Shown here: piece by piece, positions 1-13,008 of the stretch
Layout: the number at the start of each line of letters is the position of its first letter
Position numbering within the stretch: position 1 is the first letter of the stretch
DNA from: Felis catus
Taxonomy: Eukaryota
NCBI RefSeq assembly: GCF_018350175.1
Contig: NC_058382.1
Span: 49,044,001-49,108,000, forward strand
Reading direction: 5' to 3'
Length of the DNA stretch: 64,000 nt
The notes under the pieces: generated by a model
What the model was told of the DNA's origin: nothing
Seen by the model: only the letters and a program-made list of their open reading frames with translations
Databases searched by the model: none
Made by a program: the position numbers and the translations under genes

Positions 1-1342
1 TTGGTGTCAAAAGGAAAAACTACTACAAAGAGAGATGAATCGTAATGGTCTACTCTACGGTGTGGACCACTAATCACAAATATGGAAAAGTGTCATCACT
101 GATTCCTAAAAAAATGTGTCTAGGACACTTATGTGAAGATTTTTAAAAGAGTGAGATATGGAAGTGGAAATAATCTCTCACACCCTAAATAAAGGCAGAG
201 GCGCTTCCTGAATAATTAGGGTAGCTTAAGTGCTTTTGTGCCATTTGTAGAGTCTGCTGGGAAGGAAAAAAATCTGCCTTCTTGATTAAAACTGGCCTTT
301 CTTTAGCTGCCAAAAGCTGTATGCCAAATTCACAGCACTTTCAAGACTGACTCAGAGGTGCCCTGTGAAAGGGCTAGAGCCCTGTGCTGGTGGGAAGGAA
401 AAGGTATTTGGGGACAGCCAGGTAAGAACCAGCACTAAAAGCTTCCAATGAACTGGTGTGTGCAGCTCTGGCAATCTAACACCAGGCCCCCTTGGTCAGT
501 GACAGAAGCCCGCAAACCACGGGACAATGAACAAATAGAGGGCAAAGCGACAAAGGGGTTTTATTTTCTATCATATTTCCGAAAGAGCAGATTAATGAGC
601 AGTGGCAATTAATAGCTGATGCCAGACATATGCCTCAGACCACCTCTCCCTCGGCAGCTGTTACTTCTCAGGAGCTTCCTTCATTTTGCTGAGCCAACAA
701 ATTCAGAATAAACCTGGCCAAACCTCCATTATGACCTCCTGGACAACAGATTCATAGGAACAAAAGGAAGACCAGATAGATATAATTAAGAAAGAAGAAA
801 TTAGCTAGGTAGTTATTTTCTTTCCTATCTTTACTAAAACTAGTTCTTTTGAGAGAAAGATAACAACAGATCACATTTATAGAGTACCTTTCTTGTCAGA
901 AGCCCAAAGTACCTTTATGTACCTTAAACTTTTCTAATATTTAAATATCTTCTTTTGTAGCAGTGTGCTTACTAATTTTTTTTTATAGCAGCAATAAGGT
1001 ATTTGCAGAGAAAGGTTAGAAAATTCAAGTCTCTTCTAATCCAACCACTTTGCCCACAGACGACAAAATGCTCTGGCAAGGAACAATACAGGCACCCGGC
1101 AAGTGGTTTAGTATTTTGAAGAGGACACTACTCTTGGCTGATATTAATTCCTCTGCTTCCCCATACAGTACTGAAACACAAACGAAATGCATTCACAGGT
1201 TAACGAGTCTTAGATCTGAGGGCTGTCTGGACCTCTACTTCAAGGCCACCTCCAGCCCTAAATTTTTCCCATGCCAGTTATACAACACTTTACATTCATC
1301 AAGTTTGCAGGACCCCTTTGGTGAAGCCAGTATAGTAGATAC

Positions 1343-1558
1343 CTTTTCTCCAAGCCGAATACTGCCACATTTCAGAATGTTGATGTCATTTTTGCAGTCA
1401 TCCATGAAGCCACAGATTAGACGGTAATCACTGAAAATGATGGCCGTCATCTTGGTGATGTATTGGTGGCACTGGTATTCAGTGATATTGCCTCGGTGAT
1501 CCACCAAGCAGGAAACCAAGTAACCTTTTCCAACTGGTTCATCAGCACATTCTTTAAT
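1343..1558 (-). CDS. GLG1: GLG1 internal coding exon (likely exon 4), 216 nt, cysteine-rich GLG1 repeat region
   Basis: Translates IKECADEPVGKGYLVSCLVDHRGNITEYQCHQYITKMTAIIFSDYRLICGFMDDCKNDINILKCGSIRLGEK, which I recognise as GLG1. Minus-strand acceptor ...ctttctttggagcAG|ATT (AG at 1560-1559) and donor AAG|GTatc (GT at 1342-1341); phase 0/0. Confidence 0.97.
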
Positions 1559-4500
1559 CTGCTCCAAAGAAAGTGGCTGTTTTACACAAGTATTTTATTT
1601 TCCTATCATGTAACTTTTATAAAAGAGAGAATGTGTGATCTTTTCTTATTGATTTCCCATCTCTGTATTTGGGAGAAAAAGAGGAAAACACTTAGAAATA
1701 CATTTATTTTAAAGAAAATAGTGGCGGGCATATTCAGATCGTTGTACTCTCTAGGAAATACCCGCTAAATGTGTTTTGCAAGAAATTTTTACAATTTCAG
1801 CTTTATTGAGATATAAATAAAAAGAGCTTCTAACATCTACAGCTTCAGAATGGCTGTACTGAAAAGTTCCTTTATCCACGCAAAGAAGGCAATGGACAGT
1901 GAGATTAATCTGGGAAACAGGTCTGGAAAACAGGTGCAGAAGTGAAGTCTAGTACCATGTCCCAAGTCAAGCTACACAGCAAACCATTACTGTCAGGGAA
2001 ACCTAATGGCCAAAAGGAGGGAGGCAGGAAGGCATAATATTACTTCTTGACATGACATTAATGTGTTCTGAATTAACTGTGGATTTGGACATGTGTTTTT
2101 GAACTTTAGTAGAGTCCCAGCTTCGCCACTGTGGTCTGGAACACAAACATGTTTAAAATGATGCTCAGTGCAGTCTGGCAAAAAGTCTGAGAAGGGGAAG
2201 GCCACTGCAAATCTAATTTGGGTGGTTTAGACAACATGTTCTAGAGGATCAAGCACAGAGTAATTCCACATGGTTACTGTTCCTGCAAAGTGCATCCCAA
2301 ACCACAAGTGCTAATGAAGCAAACTAGCCAAAAAATGCTGAAATTCAGTCCTAAAAGAGTAAAATCTACTTATAGGGTTGTAAGCTTGAATTATAAAATG
2401 GGGAAAGTTGTTTGCAAAAATCCTACTGCATTTGAAGAACTTAAAAACAAACAAAAATGGTAGTTTTGACAAGAGTAAGGGGCCCAAATGTAAATGTTTA
2501 TTTTTACTATAAATGAGAAGAGAATGTTTTACTGGTTTTTTGAAACCAATAGAGACCATTCTCTACTATCACACTTATCGTAAATATGTATAGAGGGCAA
2601 AACAAATACACCACACACACATCATCCTATAGCCCACTAGGTCTCTTCATGTCTAATTCTTGTATCAAATCCAGATCAAGTCAGACACTCTGTTCAAGAC
2701 AGAAGACTGTTTACTTTTAAAGAAGCAAACTTGAGAATTTAAGTAAATAGTCTCACTCTGGCTTCAAGAGGCAGCAGAGACCTTCAACAATCAAGATGAA
2801 TGCAACTCTTTCAACATAACCCTGAGGTTTTTTTTTTTTTTTTGGAGATGCCTAAAAAAGAGGGTCATGAATGTATTTCCAGGAAAAGGCTTGTTTTGTT
2901 TTGAGTAAAACAAAAGTTTCAAAAGTGAAAGGAAGGCATTTGTAATCCAACCAATGAAAAGCCTGTGTAAGAACACAAAACTAATGGCAGACACCTGGGT
3001 TTTAAAACTTAATAAAGTGCAAGAGTTCAATACAGCCCTTATACTGGGCAATCAAGTTTATAAATCTGAAGAAAAGCCAGGAGCACATTTTGAATTGGAG
3101 CCCCAATAAGAAAATAAATGTGTATTTAGCTTCAATCACTTGAGATTTTACTGAAGCACAGAGACTGAGTACCTATTTGTATTTTAGTTCACCACCAGTT
3201 ACAATAGGGCATGGTGTTTGATTCAGAAGATTACGCTTTCCTTCAGCCATTCCATTGGCTAGAAGTTTAATAAGACAGAAGGAAAATTTCTAAGATTAAC
3301 AGCAAGAACCACAATAAATCACCAACATATTTATGAATGGGAGTAAACTCTGAAGTGGCTGGGGAGCAGATTCATTAGAATCATTAGATTCTGGGGAGCA
3401 GATTCATTAGAAAAATGCTGCTGTCACTCTGTTTTTGACGTGAAGCAGGAGGAAAGCAGGAGGAAAGCAGGAAGCGAGCAGTATTTGCTTCAACTACAGA
3501 GAGTAAATAAGTTTGGTTTGCAATTTGCAGGTATTCTTGTGATGCTGTTTTTCTCCTTGCAAATAGGATTGCAAGAAAGAAGATAGGAGAGAGATGTAGA
3601 ATAAAACATTTTGTGGGCAATTAGGTTCTTCCTGATTTTAATTTTCCTGATTCCAGTATAATCTCCCTCCTAGGGAGGGATAAATTCCGGTTTTTACTTG
3701 AAATCTTTGACAAAACCACAACACCCCAAAAGGTTACAAGAGAACCATCATTACATACCCATTATAAGAAAACCAATTATACGTATATATATCTTTTATA
3801 AGCCAGCCAAGAGTGAAATTTTTCTGATGAATATGCAGAGACTCTGGGCAAAATTTCCACAAGGCAATCAAAGTGCTATAAACAGCTAACCATATAGCTA
3901 GCTAAGGGACTATGAGGTGTGCAATACTAAAGCCGAAGCCCAATGTTTTCAAAGATACGCTATTCTGTTCTGAAGCCCCAAGGTAACTATGAAGAAGGAT
4001 AACTGCTTTAAAAGAATAAAACATATCAGATCCAGTATTAGAAGGTGTGAGGAAGCAAACAGGTTCTAAACAGGGTCCCGTAATGATGTAACTGAGGAAC
4101 AAAGCTGAGGGCTTATCTGGTTGGAAGAGGGTGGTCCTGCTAAGAACCCTTAGAGCTAAGAAAGCGGTCCTGAATTGAGTCATCAGTAGGGTAGTTTGAG
4201 GGCAGATCTAGATGTTGCAAAATGTACAATTATTAACTCTGAGGTGGAAAAACAGCAACTGTTCTTTGTGATTCTTATACTTCAGTATGCAGAAATCTCT
4301 GGCTTTTTGAAATTCCTATCACTGATTCCAAAAAATAAAATAAAAATTTCAATACCACAATTTTCACTAATATCATTTGTTGAACCAAGACAGTTGAAAA
4401 GTTTCCCCAATTAGCACCCATACAATGCTATACTATTTTCATTATTTTTATTTTTATACTCAACATCTAACTATAACAACATACACAATCCTTCCACAAA

Positions 4501-4928
4501 CCTTTTTAATGCTAACTCCTATTATTTGAAGCATATGCCTCTGTGGTCCAATTGATCCAAACGTGTAACTCAGAAACGTTGATAAGCCTCTTGGGGAGAC
4601 CATTTTGATATGCTTCAGACATCAGCAGATTGTAAAAAGTGTGACCGCAGCACTGATGACAGAAGCAGTTGTGTCCTCCATCTGGGGACCAACGGAGCCT
4701 GATTTCCAATGTGTCTGAATCAATAGCGTCCTACTGTAACTGTAGGTGAATACAGGAGGCTAGTTATATTCCCCACTGCAGTGGCCTCTCTCAGACCATG
4801 TAGATGTGAATTCCAAGAAAAGTAAAGTAACTGAGTCAGTTATTCCTCCCTTAATGACTGGTCTGGTCAACAGATGTAATTTTCTCTTCTAAGCCATTAA
4901 ATACCCACAAAATTCTGTCACGACCTAC

Positions 4929-5015
4929 CTCTGATATGGTAGATTTGCAAACCTCTCTGGCCACAGATTCAAATTTGGGGTCTGTAGTTAGATTCAGCTT
5001 GTAATTCCACAACAA
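4929..5015 (-). CDS. GLG1: GLG1 internal coding exon (likely exon 3), 87 nt
   Basis: Translates LLWNYKLNLTTDPKFESVAREVCKSTISE, which directly precedes IKECADEP in GLG1. Acceptor ...ttctcttatacctAG|TTG, donor GAG|GTaggt. Not in the ORF track. Confidence 0.96.
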
Positions 5016-5156
5016 CTAGGTATAAGAGAAAAAAAACAAACAAAACACTGCAGTTAAAATAGTATGAAATTTTCCATCAATGGTTACCGTAAGTGACAAA
5101 AGTCCATTACACAGAGTCAGATAAAAGCATATTCAGTTAATGAAAAGTAAAGTAAG

Positions 5157-5745
5157 AGGGGTGCCTGGCTGGCTCAGTCAGTAGAGCATGCAACTCTTGG
5201 TCTTGGGGTTGTGACTTTGAGCCCACGTTGGGTAGAGATGACTTAAAAAAATTAAATCTTAAAAAAAAAAGAAAAAGAAAAGTAAGATAAAAATGTCATT
5301 TTGTTTACAGATAAAAGGAAAAAAAAATGAGGGCACCTGGGTGGCTCAGTTGCTTAAGTGTCCTGCTCTTACTTTTGGTTCAGGTCATGATCTCACAGTT
5401 GGTGAGTCTGAGCCCGTCATCAGGCTCTGTGCTGATGGCTTAGAGCCTGCTTGGTTTTCTGTCTCTCTTCTCTGGGCCTCCCCGGTTCACGTAGGCACAT
5501 GCACACATGCTCTCTCTCTTTAAAAAAATGTGCAGACAAGGGCACCTGGATGGCTCAGTTGGTCCGACTTTAGCTCAGGTCATGAGCTCATAGCTCGACT
5601 TGAGAGTTCAAGCCCCATGTCGGGCTCTGTGCTGACAGGTCAGAGCCTGGAGCTTGCCTCAGATTCTGTGTCTCCCTTTCTCTCTGCCCCTCCCCTGCTC
5701 ACCCTCTCACTCAAAATAAATAAACATTTAAAAAAATGTGCAGAC
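5157..5745 (+). mobile_element. Cluster of three tandem carnivore SINEs
   Basis: SINE heads near 5157, 5331 and 5539, each with an A-rich tail. The third is flanked by an aaaaaatgtgcagacaa TSD. Confidence 0.88.
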
Positions 5746-7671
5746 AAAATAAAATATTAACCACTCAGACATACTTGTTTATTTTTTCACTTAAGAACAA
5801 TTTTTTTTAAGTCAAGAAAAAACTGCAATTAAAATCTCTGGTAAGGTTTTCAGAGAAAACATTAATAAAGTTGTACAAGCTAAATTTTATTAAGCCTATT
5901 AAAAGTATAACCCTGAAGCTCAGATTTGGTAGCTTTAGTTGCAGATTTCACAATCCACGGTGCTTTCATAGATCAGTTTTATGAAGGAGAGATGCCCAGA
6001 ATCTAGTTTCCTTTATTCCTTTAAAATTCCTTTCCTATCTTTATTCCTTTAAAATTCTCCCTTGTCTTGACATATACACCATAAGGTCTACTTTACACAA
6101 CTGTTTTAACATGTTTTAAACTGCAAAATATCTAAAGCCATTACTGTTCACAGGTGAGGGCTTAATATTACCTTAGCTTTGCAGCTTTACTTAAAATTTT
6201 TCCAATATATGATTCATTTTCTGAAAAGTAGCCCAAAGGAGCCCTTATTCTAGGCTCAGCTGGAGAGACAGAGCAGGGACTTTGTATGATGCTGAAAATG
6301 GAGAGATTGGGGGAGGGAGAAGCAGTTCACAAGTCTTTCTCCTATACTCCAAGACTAAACAATGCAATCACTCACTGATTCACTCAAACATCTGATTAGC
6401 ACTTATGATCTACCACGCAAGTCTAAACTCAAGGTCTGCATAGGCTATTACAGGAAATAGAAAAAAATGTTCTGAGTATGTACCGTTTTAGGAGCTGGGA
6501 GTTAAAACAGGAGAAAGACAAAGACTGTCCAGTGGTGGCTATGGTCAATGGCAAAGTACTGCAAGTATTTGATTAACAGCAACACAAGGTACCACAACAG
6601 TACAGGGAAGGAGTACCCGAGACTGCGTTGGGGCATTTGGTCCAGTAAAGTTTACCATAGGAAGTGCTATCTAAGATAAAACCTGAAAGACAAGCAGTTA
6701 GCCATAGTAAAGGGGTAAGGAGAAGACTATTTTATTAGGTAAACGAAACAGGATGCACAGCTCACTGAAAGTGATGCAGGGCATGCCAGAGAAACACGAG
6801 TCCAATGGAAGACTGACTCTGAAGAGGCAGCCCAAGGCCAGGTCATAAACCCCTAATAAGCTATGTCTGAGCTCCAACCTGAGAATAACAGGGAGTCACT
6901 AAAGGGAAAGGGAATGACATGACCAGATCTGCTTTTTAGAAGGAGAACAGTCTTATATAACCTGTGTTAGGAACAATACAGAAATAAGCAGCTAATTCTG
7001 TATAGGAGTACTAAAGAAAATTTTGTGAATAAATAAAACATGAAAAACAAGTGGGATTTCTGCTCCTCTTCTCACAAAAAAAAAAAAAAAAAAAAAAAAA
7101 AAGCCAGCAAAAAGCTCTAAACTCTCGACTCTCATCAATAAGTGAGTTTTTAGAAAAAAAAAAGGAGTAGAATCTGGCCACCATCTATAACAAAATCTCT
7201 AAGAGGACGAACTTCTGCCTTGTTCAGCACAGTGTATGCCAAGTGCCCTGAAGAGGGAATGATGGAACACATAGGTATCAACAAATATTTGTTTAATAGA
7301 CATACAAAAGAACAAACTTATACCATTATGAGTGACAAGTTCAAACAACAGGACATATGAGGCCAAACTGAGAAGGGGTATAACAGAAGCTTAGCTCTAA
7401 CTGAAGAAATCTTGGGCCTCCTGGTTCCTCACACGCAAAGATGAATCCAGTGAATCAAAAGACAAGGTCAGAATTTAGACAAACACATTTTACAATTATC
7501 TATTAATTCAGTCCGTACTACTTGGTCATTAAATTTTATATTTTAAAATTAAAGCAACATTCTTCTTTTAAAATCTTATAAGAACATTCTAATATTCTGT
7601 ATGTATATCTAACCAAAGATAGATTAAAAATTTCCCTCCTTATTGAGTGACTTGTAGCTGACTCAATGCCA

Positions 7672-7842
7672 TTTCTTTCAGAAAGAAAGAAAGAATGAGA
7701 AAGAGGGAAAGAAAGAAAGAAAGAAAGAGAGAAAGAGAAAGAAGAAAACAGAAAGACAAAGAGAGGAAGGAAGGAAGGAAGGAAGGAAGGAAGGAAGGAA
7801 GGAAGGAAGGAAGGAAGGAAAGAACAAGCAAGCAAGCAAGAA
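7672..7842. repeat. Purine-rich simple repeat including (GGAA)n
   Basis: (GAAA)-like units, then a perfect (GGAA)n run at ~7764-7820. Confidence 0.95.
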
Positions 7843-8296
7843 AAGCTGTCTGATAGCTCAAGGATTTAGAGTAAACAGCAAGAAATGACAGAAAAATTAT
7901 AAAATACAAACCACAGATTGCTTTCTTACTTCTATGCAAACTCAGATGTCCTATGATGGGCTAGAAACTGATTTTTTGTCAAAGCCATTTAAATAATCAC
8001 TTAGATCTTCTGAAATGTCTTTAACTTTTAATTTGGCACCCCTCATCCTTTATTTTTCTTTTACTTTGAGATAGAATTCACATACTATAAAAGCCACCAC
8101 TTTACAGTGTAGAATTCAGTGGTTTTCAGTGTATTCAGAGGTGGTACAACATCACCATTTTCTAATTCTAGGACATGCCCATCACCCCAAACAGAAACCC
8201 TACACTCACTTTGTCACTCCTCATCCTTTCTGCTCCCATTCTTTGGCAACCATTAATCTATTTCCTGCTCTTTTATATTTTAAAGTTTATTTATTG

Positions 8297-8682
8297 GGGC
8301 ACCTGGGTGGCTCTATCAGTTGAGCATGACCCTGGCTTACATCATGATCTCATGGTTCAATGAGATTGAGTTCAATCCCCACAAGGGACTTGCTACTGTC
8401 AGCACAAAACCCACTTTTGGATCCTCTGTCCCCACCCCCCTCTCTCTGCCCCTCCCTTACTCGTGCTCTTTCAAAAAGAAACAAACATTTAGAAAAAAAA
8501 GTTAATTTATTTGGGGGGGGGAGGGGCAGAGAGAGATGGGGGTGGGTGGGATAGAGAGAATCCCAAGCAGGTTCCAACCTGTCAGCACAGAGCCCGCCTT
8601 GGGGCATGAACCCACGAATTGTGAGGTAAGGACCTGAGCCCAAATCAAGAGTCATTTAACCAAATGAACCACCCAGGCACCC
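8297..8682. mobile_element. Two older carnivore SINEs, tail to tail (+ then -)
   Basis: Plus-strand head at 8297; minus-strand head ending ...acccaggcaccc at ~8682. Confidence 0.85.
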
Positions 8683-8744
8683 TCTGCTCTTTTATTTTTA
8701 ACATGACCTAGTAATGATTATTACTCTAAGTAGAAAGGGAATTC

Positions 8745-8991
8745 GGGGGCGCCTGGGTGGCTCAGTCGGTTAAGCGTCCGACTTCAGCCCAGGTCACGAT
8801 CTCGCGGTCCGTGAGTTCGAGCCCCGCGTCAGGCTCTGGGCTGATGGCTCAGAGCCTGGAGCCTGCTTCCGATTCTGTGTTTCCCTCTCTCTCTGCCCCT
8901 CCCCCATTCATGCTTTGTCTCTCTCTGTCTCAAAAATAAATAAAACGTTAAAAAAAAATTAAAAAAATAAATAAATAAAAAATAAAAAAAA
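8745..8991 (+). mobile_element. Young felid SINE (SINEC_Fc-type)
   Basis: CpG-rich near-consensus body. Perfect TSD agaaagggaattc (8732-8744, 8992-9004). Confidence 0.95.
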
Positions 8992-10064
8992 AGAAAGGGA
9001 ATTCAGCACACGAAGCCACCAGTGTCTTTTCCTCTAGGAAACACACACTGCACACTTCATTACTGACAGTGGATTACTCATACCATACTTGATAAATGTC
9101 CTCTCCTGAGTGGTTATAATCAACTAAGAAAAATTAGTGCAACTGACAATAAGTGCTATCAGTTAGCAGAATGCATTTCAGCTTCAACTTTCTTAAACAT
9201 AAGATGTTCACTTTTAATTCATCTACATACCCATCTCCCTCACCCAGACACATATTGAGTAACTGCTATAATCTGGAATCCAGCTAGGTGACAAAATTGA
9301 GAAGAGTGAAGGAAAAAAGCCACCGTCTCGGCATTCAAGGAGCTCAACCATAGGAACCAAAAGATTTGAAAGAGTCAGACTGAAAAGAAAATAAGCAATA
9401 AAAATATAGTGTGATAAATCTGATACCAGATGCATGCAGAAGATATTATGGGAATACAAAGGAAGAATACAGCTCAGTGAATGTGGAGGAAGGGCAGGTG
9501 TGGGAAGCAAAGACCAAGTTATACTGGGCTTGATCCCCAAGAATAAGAAGGAATTTTGTCAGGTGGGAGATTGGGGTTCTAGGAGTACAAAGCTAGAGAG
9601 CACAGAGAACGCAATAATAACTTCTGGGGACATCCACAGTTCAGAATGGCTGCAGTTGAGGGATGAAAGCTGGGGCTGGCAGGTTGCAGGCAGGGGTCAG
9701 ATCACACTGTGTATTAGAGCTCACATTAAAGAATGCGTATTTTACCTTACAAGAAATGGGAAGCTAATCAACAATTTTAACCAGAGAACTCAAAAGCTTA
9801 ACTCTGGTCACAGTGCAGAGAAGGGCAAGACGAGGGGAGGGTAGCAGACCAGTTAAAAGCCATGTACTGCTGGCTGGGAGAAGATGCGATGTATCTGAGG
9901 TATTTGGGATAATGACAAGTTTTGGGTGTGGAGGGAGAAGCAAAAAGCTTCCTTCACAGCCAAGCTCTTTGAAAAGTATAGCTCATTTTATCCACTTCCT
10001 CTTCCATTCATCTTACAACTTTTAAATCTTGTTTAGTTGAATAAGTAGTTAAAAAATCAAAACA

Positions 10065-10286
10065 GGGGCGCCTGGGTGGCGCAGTCAGTTAAGCATCCGA
10101 CTTCAGCCAGGTCACGATCTTGCGGTCCGTGAGTTCGAGCCCCGCGTCAGGCTCTGGGCTGATGGCTTGGAGCCTGGAGCCTGTTTCTGATTCTGTGTCT
10201 CCCTCTCTCTCTGCCCCTCCCCCGTTCATGCTCTGTCTCTCTCTGTCCCAAAAATAAATAAACGTTGAAAAAAAAAAATTAAAAAA
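10065..10286 (+). mobile_element. Young felid SINE (SINEC_Fc-type)
   Basis: ggggcgcctgggtggcgcagtc head; TSD aaaaaatcaaaaca. Confidence 0.95.
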
Positions 10287-12169
10287 AAAAAATCAAAACA
10301 AACAAGCAGTTTCCAGACAAGTCCTTTTCTGAAGTCCTACCAACTCCCCAGAGACAAATATTTCAAATTCCTTTTGCTGATTTTTTTTTTTTACAGATAT
10401 TACCTCTACAATTTTAAACTACCTAATTAACTGCTATTTCTTGATTTGTTAGTTTTAGATATTCTGTAATATTCTATAAAACTTTATATGGTAAAAGAGA
10501 AGGAATGAACTTTTATATGCTTCTTCCTGATCCCAATTCTCCCAATATAGTTAAATCATAACGTCAGATGGTGAGTATTTACATTAGTGGTGCTATACAA
10601 AAGTATACATGCTGAGCTATATAGAACATTATTATTTCATTCCTTCCACTTATAGTCTGTCACAGAGTTAACAGTCATTTATTTCATGGGCCTATTTTTC
10701 TCCATGGTCATTACCAATTAATCCCCAATCTCTAACTGGAAAAGTAGAGAGTTTGGTTCTAGAAAGGACTATGAGGCAGAGTAAAAATGTGAAGTCAGCA
10801 GTTGGAGCGTGGAGTTCTGTGGAAAGGAGTAGGCTAGATAAAAGACAGGAACCACACACTGTCACCAGAGAACACAGGTGACAGGACAGGAACCAGACAG
10901 GAACCACACACTGTCATCAATTGCGCCAGGGAAACCCTGGTGGCAGTCTGCTTAGTCATCTGTGTGTTCTCTCCAGATAACAGCTCAGGTGTGAGAAGAA
11001 AAGACTCACAATGGGCACAGGGAGGAGCCCTGGCTTAGAAGACTCATGCCCCGAGGGAACCACTATCTCTTATAACAACCCTCTGGGCAAAGCTTTCAGG
11101 GTCTCTGCAAGGGACACACTCAGGTATGAGTCACCGCATCAGGGAAGCCCCAGCTATGGCACCCCTATCGAGTAATTACAATTCACTTACAGTTCTTTCG
11201 GGTCCAAACAGAATGTACCATTTAGGATCATTTTCATCATGACCTATACTGCCTTGAAGCTTAGCATTTTACTACTACCAGACCACCAGAGATCTGAGTT
11301 ACATAGTGAGTAGAATTCAAATTCTCATGAGGAAAGGGAAAGGGTTTTATTAACCTTTCACTCACAGGACTATTAAAATAAGCTGCTATAAACATTCTTG
11401 AAATGACACACAAACATTCCTGTTAATAAATATCTGGAAGTGAAATGGTTGTATCATGTATAATGCTTATGTTCAGCTTTAGTACATAAATGCTAAGCAG
11501 CTTCAAAAGTAGTTATACTAATTTACATTATCACTATCAATGCATGAAAATTCCCTTATTCCATAGTCACATCAATACTTGGTACTGATACCATCAGTCT
11601 TTACAATTCTGGCAATTTATCTAATGGTGAATCACTGAGGTTTTAATTTCCATTTCCCTGATTACTAATGAGGTTGAGTACCTTTTCATGTATATATAGG
11701 TCATTCAACCATCATCTTTAGGAAATGGATGCTCAACTATCTTACCCATTTTTCTTTTTTTTCCTTTTTTAAAGATTTATGTATCTAAGTAATCTCTACA
11801 CTCAATGTGGGGCTCGAACTCATGAATTTGGAGATCAAGAGTTGCATGCTCTTCCAACTGAGCCAGGCAGGTACCCTTCCTTTTTCCTTTCTTTTTTTAA
11901 ATGGCTTATCTCAAATTTATCCATCCAATAGTTATGTTGTATCTTAACTTATGGCATAATTTCTATTTTAAAAGTCACTTAAATTAAAAAGAAAAAACAA
12001 ACTGAACCACCAAAAAACAGTTCACTCATTTCTCTCATCCTCTGTCCCACTCCCGTAACAACCACCAATCTGTTCTCTGTAACTATGAGCTTAGTTTACT
12101 TAATTTTTAAATTTATTTAGATTCAGCACAGAAGAGGGAGCATCCAATGTTTTTGTTTTTGTTCTTTTT

Positions 12170-13008
12170 TAAAAAAAAAAATCTATACAAACATTTACTC
12201 TATTCCTGCCCAAGGGTGGAGGAGAAGGGGTCAGGGCACTACTGGGGCTACAGGCCTTTGCAGACAGCCCTTGGGGGAGAGTGGGGCTCCTGCAGGAACA
12301 GTCCAGAGGCCAGTAGGCCTTGTGGGGCAGGGTCTGGAAAGCGAGACCCTGAAGGCTGACACAGGAGCTGGCTTGGCTCCCAGAGGTCACAGAGTCCAGG
12401 TGGGTTTGGGGGGTACCAGTTCCCCGGCTCTGGCCCAGGCCAGGATGGACTCTCAGTCTTGGTAGGTGCTGAGGTGCCAGGTCCCCCAACTCCCCGCCAA
12501 CAAGAGGGAAGGCAGCACCCGGGTCTTCCTCCTCTGGGTGAAGACCACAACTGTGCAAGTCCCTGGGTTCAAATTACAAATAATAAAAACAACAATATAA
12601 AATTTAAAAAAAAAATTAATATTTGAGACAGAGATAGCGCACGAGCGGGGGAGGAGCAGAGAGAGAAGGAGACACAGAACCCTAAGCAAGATCCAGGCTC
12701 TGAGCTGTCAGCACAAAGCCCAACATGGGGCTCAAACCCACAAACCATGAGATCATGACCCTAGCCAAAGCTGGATGCTTAACTGACTGAGCCACCCAGG
12801 CACCCCAACAATATAAAAATTTAAAAGACAGCCCCTGTCCCAAACACCCACAACTAGCCTGCCTGGCCTGATCCCCACCTCCAGCAGGAAAGAAGAGGCA
12901 GGGACAGGAGGCCTCGCCAGGCACTCAGCAGAGCTCACTGGGTTTCACTTTAACATAACGTTAAAAAAAAAAAAAAAACCACAACAAAAAAACCCATAAT
13001 GTTTAGCA
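12170..13008 (-). pseudogene. Probable retrocopied mRNA 3'UTR fragment, parent gene not identified
   Basis: GC-rich non-repeat sequence interrupting otherwise contiguous L1 sequence. On the minus strand it has U-rich UTR-like tracts and an AGTAAA hexamer shortly before an A-rich end. Confidence 0.55.
12610..12806 (-). mobile_element. Carnivore SINE nested in the retrocopy-like insert
   Basis: TSD aacaatataaaa(a)tttaaaa at 12591-12609 and 12807-12826. Confidence 0.92.

Noticed and set aside
1050..1768. Plus-strand ORFs 1050-1427 and 1463-1768, and the extension of ORF 1235-1567 beyond the exon
   Set aside because: Antisense shadows or intronic read-through of the GLG1 exon; splice sites delimit the real coding part.
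3359..3412. 22-nt direct repeat ctggggagcagattcattagaa (two copies)
   Set aside because: Small local duplication; only two copies with no array structure, so not CRISPR-like.
4530..4760. Coding-looking stretch next to the 87-nt exon
   Set aside because: No recognisable protein in the frames I translated and no convincing splice-site pair.
7536..7939. 99-aa hydrophobic ORFs
   Set aside because: Translations of the (GGAA)n/(GAAA)n repeat.
12147..12689. GC-rich ORFs as a novel coding gene
   Set aside because: Low-information ORFs expected from GC content; the segment sits inside an L1 and looks like UTR sequence.
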